Below are positions 27,177-37,074 of a stretch of 64,000 bases of DNA, piece by piece. This stretch comes from Minisyncoccota bacterium. Its GTDB lineage: Bacteria > Patescibacteriota > Minisyncoccia > Phycocordibacterales > UBA918. The position numbers and the translations under genes are program-made. Below the pieces are notes generated by a model. It was not told the origin of the DNA, did no database searches, and saw only the letters and a program-made list of their open reading frames with translations. Position 1 is the stretch's first letter; every line of letters begins with the position of its first letter. The DNA is taken from contig JBDNIW010000001.1 in NCBI GenBank assembly GCA_041688155.1, positions 7,319 to 71,318 on the forward strand, in the 5' to 3' direction.

Positions 27177-27930
27177 TGACACCACCAACCTCATCCCAGA
27201 CGTCCTATTTGAAACGGATGAGGTATTAGTGATTAACAAACCATACGGTTTGCTCGTGCACGCTGATGGTAAGTCACCTGATAGCACAGTGGTTGATTGG
27301 TTCCTTGAGCTGTATCCAGACGCCCACGGTGTGGGTGAGCCGGCAACCGACCGAGCGGGTAATACACTGGAGCGATCAGGCGTCGTACACCGGCTTGATC
27401 GTGATACCTCGGGGGTAATGATTTTGGCCAAAACCCAGTCCGCCTACGAACACCTCAAGCAACAATTCCAAGACCGCCTAGTGCACAAAGAATACCGAGC
27501 ACTGGTATACGGCCGGATTAACGACCGCTGGGGCACCATCAACCGTCCGATTGGACGCAGCGCCAAAGATCACCGGCGTCGCTCAGCTGAGCGCGGCGCC
27601 AAGGGCGTCCTGCGCGAAGCCATCACCGAGTTTGAACGCATCGGGATGGGTGAGTACAAAGACGAACCGTTCGCCTACGTCAAATTATTCCCTAAAACTG
27701 GTCGCACCCATCAACTGCGCGCCCACATGCGGGCAGTCGACCGACCGATTGTGGGCGATACGCTGTATGCCGCTCATCTGGCGGAGCGGTCCAACCACCT
27801 CGACATCAACCGCATGGCCCTGCACGCCCATGTGCTTGAACTGGTATTGCCAGGTGGTGACACCGAGCGCTTTATCGCTCCTGTGCCGATTGCAATCGAA
27901 GAAGCGGCCGAACGTATTGCGTCCGACTAG
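27145..27930 (+). CDS. RluA-family pseudouridine synthase
   Basis: Catalytic HRLDRDTSGVMILAKT motif; 261 aa; the start may be a few codons further downstream. Confidence 0.75.
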   Translation: MADASAAMANNDTTNLIPDVLFETDEVLVINKPYGLLVHADGKSPDSTVVDWFLELYPDAHGVGEPATDRAGNTLERSGVVHRLDRDTSGVMILAKTQSAYEHLKQQFQDRLVHKEYRALVYGRINDRWGTINRPIGRSAKDHRRRSAERGAKGVLREAITEFERIGMGEYKDEPFAYVKLFPKTGRTHQLRAHMRAVDRPIVGDTLYAAHLAERSNHLDINRMALHAHVLELVLPGGDTERFIAPVPIAIEEAAERIASD

Positions 27931-28004
27931 GCATTGTGGTAGATTACGGCACATTCAGACGGGTAACTCCGGGTAATTATTAATAGACATACAACCAATT
28001 TGGT

Positions 28005-28628
28005 ATGAAAGCAGCAATCGCAGGGGTGAACATTTCACCAGTAAACATGGTAGAGCGCAAAGAACTCGGTATCAAAGCCGGAGACACCATTCGTGTACAC
28101 CAAAAAATCCAAGACAAGGGAAAAACTCGAATCCAGATTTTTGAAGGACTCGTGTTGGCTCGAAAACACGGTACTGAACCAGGCGCAACGTTTACCGTTC
28201 GCAAAGTAGCCAGTGGCGTCGGCGTAGAGAAAATCTATCCCCTCTACTCACCAATGATCGACAAACTAGAAATCGTCAAACGATCAAAAGTCCGCCGAGC
28301 CAAGCTGTACTTCATCCGCGAAAAAGTAGCTCGAGAAATCAAACGACAAATGCGTCGCATGACTCTCGCTACAATCTCAACCGAATCAGCCGTTGAAGTG
28401 GAAGCCCGAGCGGCCGCCGAAGCAAAACTAGCTGAGGAAGAAGCCGCGAAAGCCGCCGAAATGGAAGCCGCCGCAACAGCCGAAGCTGAAGCCAAAGCCG
28501 CCGAAGCTGCAGTAGCAGAAACCCCAGCTGAAGCCGTCGTTGAACCAGTGGCAACCTCAGAAGAGTCAGCCTCAGAAGAAGCAAAAACTGACGCCTCAGG
28601 CGATTCGGCAGAAGTTAAAAAAGACTAA
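28005..28628 (+). CDS. rplS: 50S ribosomal protein L19 with a ~90-aa Ala/Glu-rich C-terminal extension
   Basis: N-terminal 115 aa match L19 (GDTIRVHQKIQ..RIQIFEGLVLA...TFTVRKVASGVGVEKIYPLYSP...VRRAKLYFIR). The tail is low-complexity AEAKAAEAAVAE. Confidence 0.8.
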   Translation: MKAAIAGVNISPVNMVERKELGIKAGDTIRVHQKIQDKGKTRIQIFEGLVLARKHGTEPGATFTVRKVASGVGVEKIYPLYSPMIDKLEIVKRSKVRRAKLYFIREKVAREIKRQMRRMTLATISTESAVEVEARAAAEAKLAEEEAAKAAEMEAAATAEAEAKAAEAAVAETPAEAVVEPVATSEESASEEAKTDASGDSAEVKKD

Positions 28629-28635
28629 CTCCAAC

Positions 28636-28670
28636 AAAAAACAGCGGCTCATGGGTCGCTGTTTTTTTTG
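28636..28670 (+). terminator. rho-independent terminator after rplS
   Basis: aacagcggctc-atgg-gtcgctgttttttttg. Confidence 0.6.
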
Positions 28671-28766
28671 TTTGATGTTGTATACAGTCAACCTATCATA
28701 TCTACCCCGCAAACTTGCAAAAGCCCAAGAAATCTTTACAATGACCGGGCTGAATAAGCAGTAGAT

Positions 28767-28848
28767 GTCCACGTGGAGAAATTGGTAAACTCGTACGCTT
28801 GAGGGGTGTATGCCTAACAGCTTGCTGGTTCAAGTCCAGTCGTGGACA
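28767..28848 (+). tRNA. tRNA-Leu (anticodon GAG), class II
   Basis: Acceptor GTCCACG/CGTGGAC, anticodon stem TACGC/GTGTA with loop TTGAGGG, long variable arm, T-arm CTGGTTCAAGTCCAG. It is followed by the terminator hairpin 28852..28893 (agccatacgaaaaccggcg-taa-ccgccggtttttgtatggct). Confidence 0.8.
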
Positions 28849-28930
28849 CAAAGCCATACGAAAACCGGCGTAACCGCCGGTTTTTGTATGGCTGGTTACT
28901 AGATACTTTATAATTAGGTACAATAGCTCC

Positions 28931-29410
28931 ATGAGAAAGATATGGAATCGACCGGCTTGGCCGGTGTGGAGTGTGAGTACCAGTGACGCTACTGGACAGG
29001 GGAATATGAACATCGCAACCTATGTGCAGGCGGTGTCACTCGACCCCAAGCTGATGACTATTGCCCTGTATAACCACACCAAAACGCTCAAGAACGTACA
29101 GCAGACCAAGCGGGCGTTACTCCAACTCCTGCCCGAGTCACTAGCGCCAGTGGTGCGTATCTGTGGTCAGCAATCTGGCAATCATATCGACAAAATCACC
29201 CGGCTGCAAAAACGATTTATTTTAGCCCAGTGTAACGAGCTGTATTACTTGGCAGACGCCGCTGGGTATGTCGAGCTAGCGTTGGTTGATCTACACGATG
29301 TTAGAGGTGACCATAGGTTGGGGACGTTCACAGTGGGGAAGCAGAAAAACCTGCACGACGAACCAATCTTGACCACTGACTTTCTACGGGAGCATAAATA
29401 CATCCGCTAG
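28931..29410 (+). CDS. flavin reductase-like (FMN-binding split-barrel) protein
   Basis: NMNIATYVQAVSLDPKLMTIALYNHTKT pattern resembling the flavin reductase domain; 159 aa; a tataat -10-like box sits upstream. Confidence 0.4.
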   Translation: MRKIWNRPAWPVWSVSTSDATGQGNMNIATYVQAVSLDPKLMTIALYNHTKTLKNVQQTKRALLQLLPESLAPVVRICGQQSGNHIDKITRLQKRFILAQCNELYYLADAAGYVELALVDLHDVRGDHRLGTFTVGKQKNLHDEPILTTDFLREHKYIR

Positions 29411-29519
29411 CAATCTGCTATAGACAAAAGAAGTGTTTTGTGCCATTGTACTGATAGCTGATCTTCGACTGTATCGAGACTCATATATAACCCTTTATTC
29501 CCTTGAAAGGAGAATAGCT

Positions 29520-30035
29520 ATGCGGTTTATTCTTGCGCTATGCTTGATTGTGTTTGGCTTCGCAGCATCTGCACAAACGCAACCACTTATCTTGTTCACC
29601 GAATCGCCTGTAAAATGCGTGCGACTGCCTGGTATGGTGACTCTGTTTAATCGGGTCGTCAACGAGCAGCAGGTCATGCCGCCGATGAGCACCGATGTGT
29701 TTCGAGGCAACGGTGACTGTACGTATAACTTCCGTCCGTACACCGCCGATCGGCAAGAAGCGATTCGGGCTGGTGTATCTGGTGCTCAGTCCCTGGGCGG
29801 TTTTATCGGCTGGATTGAAACTGAGCGCTGGCTCATCGCTGTCGAGCACATTGGTATGCTCGACCGTGCGATGGAGACAGCTTATCGGCCAGGAGCAATT
29901 CTGGATCGGAATCGGTGGACACTGCCTCGACACTGCTTCAATCTGACGCAGACGTTCGGCGGTGTTCGCATTGTTGGCCACCAGTTAGACTGGCGTGGCC
30001 AAGAGTGGAATTGTAACCAACCGGTTTTGCGTTGA
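29520..30035 (+). CDS. hypothetical secreted protein
   Basis: Strong Shine-Dalgarno gaaaggaga then ATG at 29520; signal-peptide-like MRFILALCLIVFGFAASAQ. The listed ORF start at 29433 is probably too far upstream. Confidence 0.5.
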   Translation: MRFILALCLIVFGFAASAQTQPLILFTESPVKCVRLPGMVTLFNRVVNEQQVMPPMSTDVFRGNGDCTYNFRPYTADRQEAIRAGVSGAQSLGGFIGWIETERWLIAVEHIGMLDRAMETAYRPGAILDRNRWTLPRHCFNLTQTFGGVRIVGHQLDWRGQEWNCNQPVLR

Positions 30036-30102
30036 ATTAAGTACAGCAAAAGCCCCGCAAAAACGTGGGGCTTTTTTATTGTTGGTTTTTCTCTGGTGTT
30101 GG

Positions 30103-30717
30103 TTAGAGTTCACAAGTCAGTCCACATTCCTCATCAGGCGCCACGCCTCGCTCGGGGCAAGTGCCGCTGTAGAAACAAGCGTCGTCGGGGATGGCCACTT
30201 TGTACGTTGCCAAGTTTGGGTTGTCGCTACTGCCGTAGTAGAGCAGCAGTCGGTCGTTATCAACCGGTACGTACTGCGTGATGGGGTCGGGGTACTGCTC
30301 GCCGTTGATGTATAGCACTAGCTGGTCGGTGTCAGTGGTACAGAACTGGTTATCCAGCGTCACACACGTATCAGTTAGTACAATGCCAAGTGAGCCAAGA
30401 AACTCGGCAAAAGTAATGTCAACGTCGTGGATGTGCATCATGTCACCGTTGTTGTCGTGCAAGTGAGCGTGCTCGTGCAGTTCTTGCTGACTAGTGGTCT
30501 GGAACGCGTCGCCTGATAATTCAACCAACGTGTCGCCCACGATGATATGGAAATCAGCGTGGACGTGGTACTTACTATCAAACGGATCAGCAATCGGGTG
30601 GTTGTCCTGGTGATTGGTATGGTCGTCCATACCGTACATGGTCATTAGTAACCCCATCCCGATACTCAGTCCGAGTCCAGCAACAAAAGAAACAATTTCG
30701 GCACGTTGTATGTTCAT
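30103..30717 (-). CDS. hypothetical membrane-anchored His-rich protein (possible metal binding)
   Basis: N-terminal TM helix; HEHAHLHDNNGDMMHIHD and several other His clusters; 204 aa. Confidence 0.4.
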   Translation of the reverse strand: MNIQRAEIVSFVAGLGLSIGMGLLMTMYGMDDHTNHQDNHPIADPFDSKYHVHADFHIIVGDTLVELSGDAFQTTSQQELHEHAHLHDNNGDMMHIHDVDITFAEFLGSLGIVLTDTCVTLDNQFCTTDTDQLVLYINGEQYPDPITQYVPVDNDRLLLYYGSSDNPNLATYKVAIPDDACFYSGTCPERGVAPDEECGLTCEL

Positions 30718-30759
30718 GGGGTCAGTGTAGCGATTTTGGACTCGCCTGTCTACAATTCA

Positions 30760-32124
30760 TTATTCCTGGGTTGTTATATTGATACTAGGAGTTGGTAGGG
30801 TCGGCTGGGGACTGACGATGAGTAGTAAGTCTTCAGCACCTAGTCTGGTTTGTAGCCATAGTTTAAATCCGTCCGCTTCGGAGATGGTTAGTGGGACGGC
30901 GGTGGCGTCGGTGTAGAGTAGGACAATGGTTTGGTTCTGCGCACTCGCTTCAGCTGTCCCGGACTCGATAGTTCCGATAGCGATGTTTTGCACCAGTCGG
31001 TTGATGGCTCGGGCCTCACCCAGTAATCGTGCGGGGCTTTCAAATGACTGTTGTTCAGCCTCCAGGCGCGCTTCGAGCGCCGAGACTTTGTCTTCGTCAC
31101 CGCGTATCTCGTTTAGGGCCGTGGTCCACTCTTCTTCAGTCAGAGCAAACGAGTTTTGGCGGATATTCAAACTGGTGTTGTCTAACCCAAATTCTGGCAA
31201 CCTGTCGGCAAACGCAGCTATCTCGATGTCAGAGAACCGCTTCGCCAGGAAGGCAACCTCGATGCGGCTATCAGTGCGGCTGTAGGCGACGTCGCGGTGG
31301 ATCACGACGTAGCCCTGCGCTTCAAACACGTCGCGGATATACAATTCGGCGTTTTGGTTAAAGTTGTTCTGCCCGACAAATGTGTAGGCGAGGTAGGCAG
31401 CTGGACTGACGATAATTACGATAATAATCGTAATAAAGTGGTTGACCCGCTTACGGTGTACCAAGTCGGGGTATTCTCGCTTGGGTAGTTTGAGATAGCG
31501 CGATACGACGAGTGCCGACAGACAGATGAAAATACAGTTGATCAGAAAGAGGTAGAACGCACCGTAGACAAAGTTCCACTGTAGCGTCGCAATCCCGTAC
31601 CCAACGGTACATAGTGGCGGCATGATGGCGGTTGCAATCGCCACCCCGGGGATGATGTTGCCGTGGCGCGCGCGACTGATGCCGATGAACCCAGCCATCC
31701 CTCCAAACACCGCAATTAACACGTCAAAGATAGTCGGTGACGTCCGGGCTAGCAGTTCCGATTGTGCGTTACTAATTGGCGACAAGGCGAAGTAGATAGT
31801 CGAGACGGTGATACTGATGGCCGTGAGGAGGAGTAAGTTGCGGAACGAGCGTCGCATCAGACCCCAGTCGTAGATAGCCAATGACATTCCCAGACTCACA
31901 ATTGGTCCCATCAACGGTGAGATAAGCATGGCGCCGATGATGACTGGAATCGAGTTGATGTTCAATCCGACCGAACAGGCACCAATCGCAAATATCAGCA
32001 CCCAGACCCGCGCACTACTGACGTCTGAGTCGTCTTTGATGTTGTCGATAATAGTGCGGCGATCCTCAGCGCCTTCACGCAAATCAAAAAGTTTCTTAAA
32101 AAATTGCTGTACGGATTTGGTCAT
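30760..32124 (-). CDS. polytopic membrane protein, uncharacterized (DUF389-like architecture)
   Basis: About 6 TM helices in the N-terminal half and a soluble C-terminal half; 454 aa; family assignment uncertain. Confidence 0.4.
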   Translation of the reverse strand: MTKSVQQFFKKLFDLREGAEDRRTIIDNIKDDSDVSSARVWVLIFAIGACSVGLNINSIPVIIGAMLISPLMGPIVSLGMSLAIYDWGLMRRSFRNLLLLTAISITVSTIYFALSPISNAQSELLARTSPTIFDVLIAVFGGMAGFIGISRARHGNIIPGVAIATAIMPPLCTVGYGIATLQWNFVYGAFYLFLINCIFICLSALVVSRYLKLPKREYPDLVHRKRVNHFITIIIVIIVSPAAYLAYTFVGQNNFNQNAELYIRDVFEAQGYVVIHRDVAYSRTDSRIEVAFLAKRFSDIEIAAFADRLPEFGLDNTSLNIRQNSFALTEEEWTTALNEIRGDEDKVSALEARLEAEQQSFESPARLLGEARAINRLVQNIAIGTIESGTAEASAQNQTIVLLYTDATAVPLTISEADGFKLWLQTRLGAEDLLLIVSPQPTLPTPSINITTQE

Positions 32125-32187
32125 AGTATTTGGACTGTTGGACGTAAGTATACCAGCCTGGTTCGGTTGTATTTGCGGGAGTGCTGC

Positions 32188-33657
32188 TTATCTATCCAGC
32201 TGGGCAAAATACGCCGCACTGGTGGTTTGGAAAGTAGCTTTTTTCTCGTCGGACATCTTCTCGAGCAATCGCGGCATCATCGACAGGCGATAGTTAGACG
32301 AGAAAAAGTCCCGGTGCGTCCCGATGAACCGCCAGTACAAACTAGTCCAGACCTGCTCCCAGTCACCTGAGGGATAGTCAGACATTTTGCGGATATAGTT
32401 GCTACCCGAGATATATGGTTTGGTTGCAAACGACCCACCGTCTGCAAACTGACTCATACCATAGACATTTGGCACCATCACCCAGTCGTACGCGTCGACG
32501 TACATTGCCATGAACCATTTGTAGACTTCGTCCGGGTGAATCTCGCTCAGCAACATCACGTTCCCCAGCACCATCAAGCGGTCGATGTGGTGGTTATAGC
32601 CGTATGTGAGTGCAGTTTTGATGGCGTCATCGACCGGGTCGACCGTCGTGGTGCCGTCCCAAAATGAGTTGGGAAGGGTACGTCTGTGCTGCCAGAAATT
32701 CTGGGTCCGCATACTACTTCCGTCACACTCGTACGCCGCACGGATGAATTCCCGCCAGCCAATGATTTGCCGGACAAATCCTTCAACGTTATTGAGGGCG
32801 ATGTTATGTTTGGTTGCGTACGCGAGCACAGCCTCTACCACTTGCATCGGTGTCAGCAATCCGAGGTTTAAGAGAGGAGAGAGTGTGGAATGAAACAGTC
32901 GAGTGTGCTTCGTGGTCAACGCGTCTTCGTAGGTGCCAAAGTTATGGAACCGGTCCTCTAGGAATGCCTGGAGGAATTCCGCAGCGGCCGCGTGGGTATA
33001 TGGTACCCACACGTGTGTCTCGCCATATAGTTCACCCTTGATTTTCTCGAGCCACACGATTGCCGCGGTAACCTCAGCGTTGTCAAACGGCGTGATGTCT
33101 GCCGGCAACTCAATCTGCTCGGGTAATTTCTTCCGGTTAGCTTCGTCAAAACTCCACTGGCCACCGGTGGGTTCACCGTCGGAGTCGATCAAGATGTTTT
33201 TGTCTTGGCGGAGTTTCTTGTAGAAAGCCGCCAGGTGTTTTTTAGATTTCTCATAGCGTGCAATGGCGTCGGCTTTCTCAAGTAGGAACAACGGTGACTC
33301 GTAGCGCTCTAGTGTAAATGCATGCTTGTTTGTGGCAGTAGTGATTCGTGTTTCGAGCCAGTAATCGGTCGTATCGACGATGTGCAATTGCTCAATATCG
33401 TCAGCAGCGATTTTGATAAAGACAGATGTGGTGTTGGGGTATTGCAATACGTCGAGGTAAGTCACAGTGAATCCTTGTTTTTCAAGTTGGATTTTATACG
33501 CCTGGAGTGAGAGTCGATGTAGGAGTAATTTCTGCCGGTGGGTAGGGAACTCGGTCAGAAATAGTGATTCTTCAACTAAATACACCGGCCGCTCTGGAGC
33601 CAGCGCAGGGTGATCAGCGAACAACTGATGCGGGTAAATAATAGTCGCGTCTTTCAT
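32188..33657 (-). CDS. cryptochrome/photolyase-related protein (COG3046 / DPRP-type)
   Basis: C-terminal [18 protein letters not shown]...[28 protein letters not shown] resembles the photolyase FAD-domain core. The start is moved to the internal Met ([13 protein letters not shown]) at 33657 so it does not overlap the divergent genes. Confidence 0.55.
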   Translation of the reverse strand: MKDATIIYPHQLFADHPALAPERPVYLVEESLFLTEFPTHRQKLLLHRLSLQAYKIQLEKQGFTVTYLDVLQYPNTTSVFIKIAADDIEQLHIVDTTDYWLETRITTATNKHAFTLERYESPLFLLEKADAIARYEKSKKHLAAFYKKLRQDKNILIDSDGEPTGGQWSFDEANRKKLPEQIELPADITPFDNAEVTAAIVWLEKIKGELYGETHVWVPYTHAAAAEFLQAFLEDRFHNFGTYEDALTTKHTRLFHSTLSPLLNLGLLTPMQVVEAVLAYATKHNIALNNVEGFVRQIIGWREFIRAAYECDGSSMRTQNFWQHRRTLPNSFWDGTTTVDPVDDAIKTALTYGYNHHIDRLMVLGNVMLLSEIHPDEVYKWFMAMYVDAYDWVMVPNVYGMSQFADGGSFATKPYISGSNYIRKMSDYPSGDWEQVWTSLYWRFIGTHRDFFSSNYRLSMMPRLLEKMSDEKKATFQTTSAAYFAQLDR

Positions 33658-33682
33658 AGGGGTGAGTATACTAGAAACCGTT

Positions 33683-33820
33683 ATGGCAGTAAAAGTACCA
33701 GAATCCAAAATATGTCCCGTCTGCAAACGGCCGTTTTCCAATCGCAAAAGCTGGCGCGCTCGCGGACAATGGGAGCAGGTGGTGTATTGTTCTGACCGCT
33801 GCCGCAAACAAAAACTATGA
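33683..33820 (+). CDS. small zinc-ribbon protein, DUF2256-like (45 aa)
   Basis: [45 protein letters not shown]; CPxC...YCSDRCR pattern. The stop overlaps the next gene's start as ATGA (33817..33820). It is missing from the ORF track because it is under 60 aa. Confidence 0.55.
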   Translation: MAVKVPESKICPVCKRPFSNRKSWRARGQWEQVVYCSDRCRKQKL

Positions 33821-34893
33821 ATCCACATCTCACCCACACAAAAATCCTCGAGCAGATTGATTTGATTGATCCGGTCAAGTACGCCAAAACCCGCAACCAC
33901 CTGACTGGTGCGGTGACACACCTGTCGCCGTACATCACCCGTGGGATTATTACGCTGCCAGAAATCAGGGAGCGGTTACTCGCAAAACACTCGTACGACG
34001 ATTGTGAGAAATTAATCCAGGAATTGGCCTGGCGCGAATACTTCCAAAAAGTGTTTACTGAAAAAGGCGAGATGATTTTTGCTGACCTGCGGTTTACCCG
34101 TGATGACTGGCGACACAATCAGCTGGCGTCAGGTATCGTCGATGCTACCACCGGTATAAATACCATTGACGAGGCAGTCACGCAGCTGTACGCCACTGGT
34201 TACATGCACAACCACGCCCGCATGTGGACGGCGATGCTGTCCTCAAATGTCGCCAAAGCAAACTGGACCACCATGAGTCGGTGGATGTACTATCACTTGA
34301 TAGATGGGGATCTGGCGTCCAATACACTGTCCTGGCAGTGGGTGTCTGGTACCAGTATCAATAAACAATACGTTGCGAACCAAGAGTTGATCAACGCCTG
34401 CATCCCACATAGTCAGCGTGATACATATATAGCTGTACCTCGGGAAGAAGTAGGGACGATCCCACTTCCAACCGAACTAGAACTATCACGACCGTTTGAC
34501 TTACAAACTGAGTATCCAACTAGCGCCCTCATCCCAGACCTCACTGACAAGAACGTATTTCTCTATCATCCGTGGAGTATCAACGCCGCCTGGCGTGCAG
34601 AGGAAGTGGGGGAGCGAATATTTATAATTGAACCCAGACTGTTCGACAAACATCCAGTTTCAAATCGAGTACTGGAACATATGTTAGCCGTCCTGCAGAC
34701 TCAAGTTCCAAGTGCCAACATCTACGTCGGCAACGTCGAAACCCTGCCCGGCATTACCCAGGCGACCGTGTATTCACAAACTCATCCAACTACGACGCAT
34801 TACCCCGGAACCCACGACGCTGTACCAGAACTATTCCCCGAGGTACACGGCTACTACCCCAGTTTTTTCAAATTCTGGGAAGCAACCAAGTAG
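33817..34893 (+). CDS. photolyase FAD-binding-domain protein (no canonical N-terminal alpha/beta domain)
   Basis: [14 protein letters not shown] and [19 protein letters not shown] match DNA photolyase FAD-binding domain motifs; 358 aa. Confidence 0.65.
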   Translation: MNPHLTHTKILEQIDLIDPVKYAKTRNHLTGAVTHLSPYITRGIITLPEIRERLLAKHSYDDCEKLIQELAWREYFQKVFTEKGEMIFADLRFTRDDWRHNQLASGIVDATTGINTIDEAVTQLYATGYMHNHARMWTAMLSSNVAKANWTTMSRWMYYHLIDGDLASNTLSWQWVSGTSINKQYVANQELINACIPHSQRDTYIAVPREEVGTIPLPTELELSRPFDLQTEYPTSALIPDLTDKNVFLYHPWSINAAWRAEEVGERIFIIEPRLFDKHPVSNRVLEHMLAVLQTQVPSANIYVGNVETLPGITQATVYSQTHPTTTHYPGTHDAVPELFPEVHGYYPSFFKFWEATK

Positions 34894-34951
34894 ACAGTAG
34901 GAAGTCACCTAGACTGCAAATCACTTGCATTAATGTCAACATGACTGTATC

Positions 34952-35806
34952 ATGCAAACCACTTGCATTATGATTTTAGGATTTTTAGGAAAAGGCGGTA
35001 GTGGCAAATCATCAGTTTCAACCCAGATGGCTTTATGGCTGCAGGCACAGGGTAAGTCTGTGCTCGCCATCGACGCTGACCACAACATGGATTTGTCCTA
35101 CAACTTGGGGTACGAAGGTGCTGGCCCGTACATCGGAGGTTCTTTTCTACCACTGCGAGAAGAGTTGGGCTTGGTGGGGCACGAGCCAACGGAGGGATTG
35201 TTTACTGGCCCCGTTCCCACCCACCGGTTTTCATTTTCTACCCCTGATCCATACAGCGCACAGTACGTACACCCACTCGCGGACAACCTGTCACTAATGC
35301 TATCTGGTCCGCAACACGACCAGGTGTTGTATGGAGCACACTGCAGTCACTCGCTCGCAGCACCACTCAAAATTTATTTACCCCTACTGGACTTGGCTCA
35401 AAATGAAGTGGTTGTAGTCGATGAGAAAGCGAGCGTGGACGCAGTTAGTACGGGGATTCCAACTGGGTTTGACGTGGCAATAGTGGTGGCTGAACCACGT
35501 CCGCATAGTCTGCGGGTAGCCAAACAAATCCTCGAACTGTTGACCTGGTACGACGTTCCGGCTATTACGGTGCTTAACAAAATGCAGTCAGATTCAGACT
35601 GGACAATGTTTGCTGGGGCGTTGGGGGTTGAGCCGGCCGCGTCGCTTCCGTTTGCTAGTGGTATCGCAGATGGATTACTGAGTACCGGCCAATTTGACCA
35701 ACTGTACGCCGCCGCCCAAACAGCCCAATCACAGACGACACGACTTGATCGCACTATCAATAAATATAAACGCAACACCGAGTTTCAGGCTACTCAACCA
35801 GCATAG
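34952..35806 (+). CDS. ParA/MinD/CooC-family P-loop ATPase
   Basis: Deviant Walker A GKGGSGKSS near the N-terminus, then an AIDADHN segment; 284 aa. Confidence 0.55.
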   Translation: MQTTCIMILGFLGKGGSGKSSVSTQMALWLQAQGKSVLAIDADHNMDLSYNLGYEGAGPYIGGSFLPLREELGLVGHEPTEGLFTGPVPTHRFSFSTPDPYSAQYVHPLADNLSLMLSGPQHDQVLYGAHCSHSLAAPLKIYLPLLDLAQNEVVVVDEKASVDAVSTGIPTGFDVAIVVAEPRPHSLRVAKQILELLTWYDVPAITVLNKMQSDSDWTMFAGALGVEPAASLPFASGIADGLLSTGQFDQLYAAAQTAQSQTTRLDRTINKYKRNTEFQATQPA

Positions 35807-35891
35807 TTGGCAGCGCTAGGTTTTGCAGCTGCAAAACCTAGCGCTGCCTGCGATGAAGCGGGTAGCCATAGATAAAAGGAGTTCCTAAAAA

Positions 35892-36155
35892 ATGACCTCA
35901 CCTTGTGGCGGATGTCCGCCTTGCTGCAAACGTTGCGTCTTTGACGCTGTCGGTCAGTTGGTCTCAGCGGCCGCTGCGGCCACAACTGTCGTCACGGCCG
36001 ACGACTATGGCTGTGTCAAAGGCTTTGGCAACATCCAAGTCAGAGGCGGTCGGCTGGGGCAGATGCGCAACGACGCATTTCACCAAGTGACTGTCGCTGG
36101 CGCCAAGTTCCTGCGCCTGACTGGCAACCCGCTGGCCAATCATTTGGCCACGTAA
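35892..36155 (+). CDS. small Cys-rich hypothetical protein
   Basis: Strong SD (aaaaggag, 10 nt before the ATG); N-terminal MTSPCGGCPPCCKRC with five Cys in 12 residues; its own terminator hairpin at 36165..36197. Preceded by a perfect 20-bp palindrome at 35811..35850. Confidence 0.45.
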   Translation: MTSPCGGCPPCCKRCVFDAVGQLVSAAAAATTVVTADDYGCVKGFGNIQVRGGRLGQMRNDAFHQVTVAGAKFLRLTGNPLANHLAT

Positions 36156-36555
36156 AGTCACAGTGACCCGCCCACAACAGTGGAGCGGGTCATTTTTATG
36201 CTTTATAATAAACAACATGTCACAACCACAACAATTATTAGCCGCTATCCATTCCCTCACCTAGGTATGTGCGGCGTCTGCGGATTACCGACCACTCACG
36301 TTAGTACGCTACAAGCGGCTAGCCTGATCCCGATATTTTTATTTGTATTTGGGACGTTCGTCTGGGCGTGGTGGATGGTCACTCGGTTACGGATTGAAAA
36401 CTATTTTCTCAACCGATATCAACAAATTGCTGGCCTATTACGCAGACGATAGTGGGGGCAAAATCTCTGGAGGAAAGGCTTCCGGGTTGTGCTGCACGCA
36501 GCGGAATGTGTTACGTAGCTTGCTACGTAACACACTCCATAGCATACTAAGGCTA

Positions 36556-36714
36556 ATGGAAAAACACATTCGTAAAGTCACTCGGGTCGGGAAGCGAAGT
36601 TTGTCTGTGGTGATACCGGCAGACATTGTCAGGGAGTTAGGAATACGCGAACGTCAAAAACTCGTCGTGCGCCGCTCAGGGCAAAAGATAATCATCGAAG
36701 ACTGGAAAGAGTAA
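36556..36714 (+). CDS. AbrB/MazE-family (SpoVT-AbrB) small DNA-binding protein, possible orphan antitoxin
   Basis: MEKHIRKVTRVGKRSLSVVIPADIVRELGI swapped-hairpin motif; 52 aa from the internal Met. The upstream 70 codons of the listed ORF look non-coding. Confidence 0.45.
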   Translation: MEKHIRKVTRVGKRSLSVVIPADIVRELGIRERQKLVVRRSGQKIIIEDWKE

Positions 36715-36825
36715 CCCCGGAGGTCAAGTTGCAACCAATATTAGTAATCCTACCAAGCACTACGCAGGCGGGTCCTCTAGGGATATTTTGTTTGACAAAA
36801 GTTTGACAATTGCTACACTGTATAC

Positions 36826-37074
36826 ATGAAAACAAAACCAGCGACTCAGATTGGGATGCGTGAATTCTTGCGTAATATAAAAAGCGTCAAAACCGCTGTC
36901 GGAAATGGGGAAGAGTTCGAGGTACTTGATCACGCGACGCCGGTGTTCAAAGTAGTGCCTACAAAAGCGAGCAAGAGTCATAAATACACCTTTGCTGACC
37001 TATCCCAATTCCAGTTCAACGCTGGTCCAAAAACTCTCGCCGCAGACGTAGATGGTCTGGTTTATGGCAACTAA
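36826..37074 (+). CDS. Phd/YefM-type antitoxin
   Basis: ATQIGMREFLRNIKSVKTAVGNGEEFEVLDHATPVFKVVP resembles the Phd/YefM N-terminal pattern; it overlaps the downstream PIN gene. Confidence 0.55.
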   Translation: MKTKPATQIGMREFLRNIKSVKTAVGNGEEFEVLDHATPVFKVVPTKASKSHKYTFADLSQFQFNAGPKTLAADVDGLVYGN

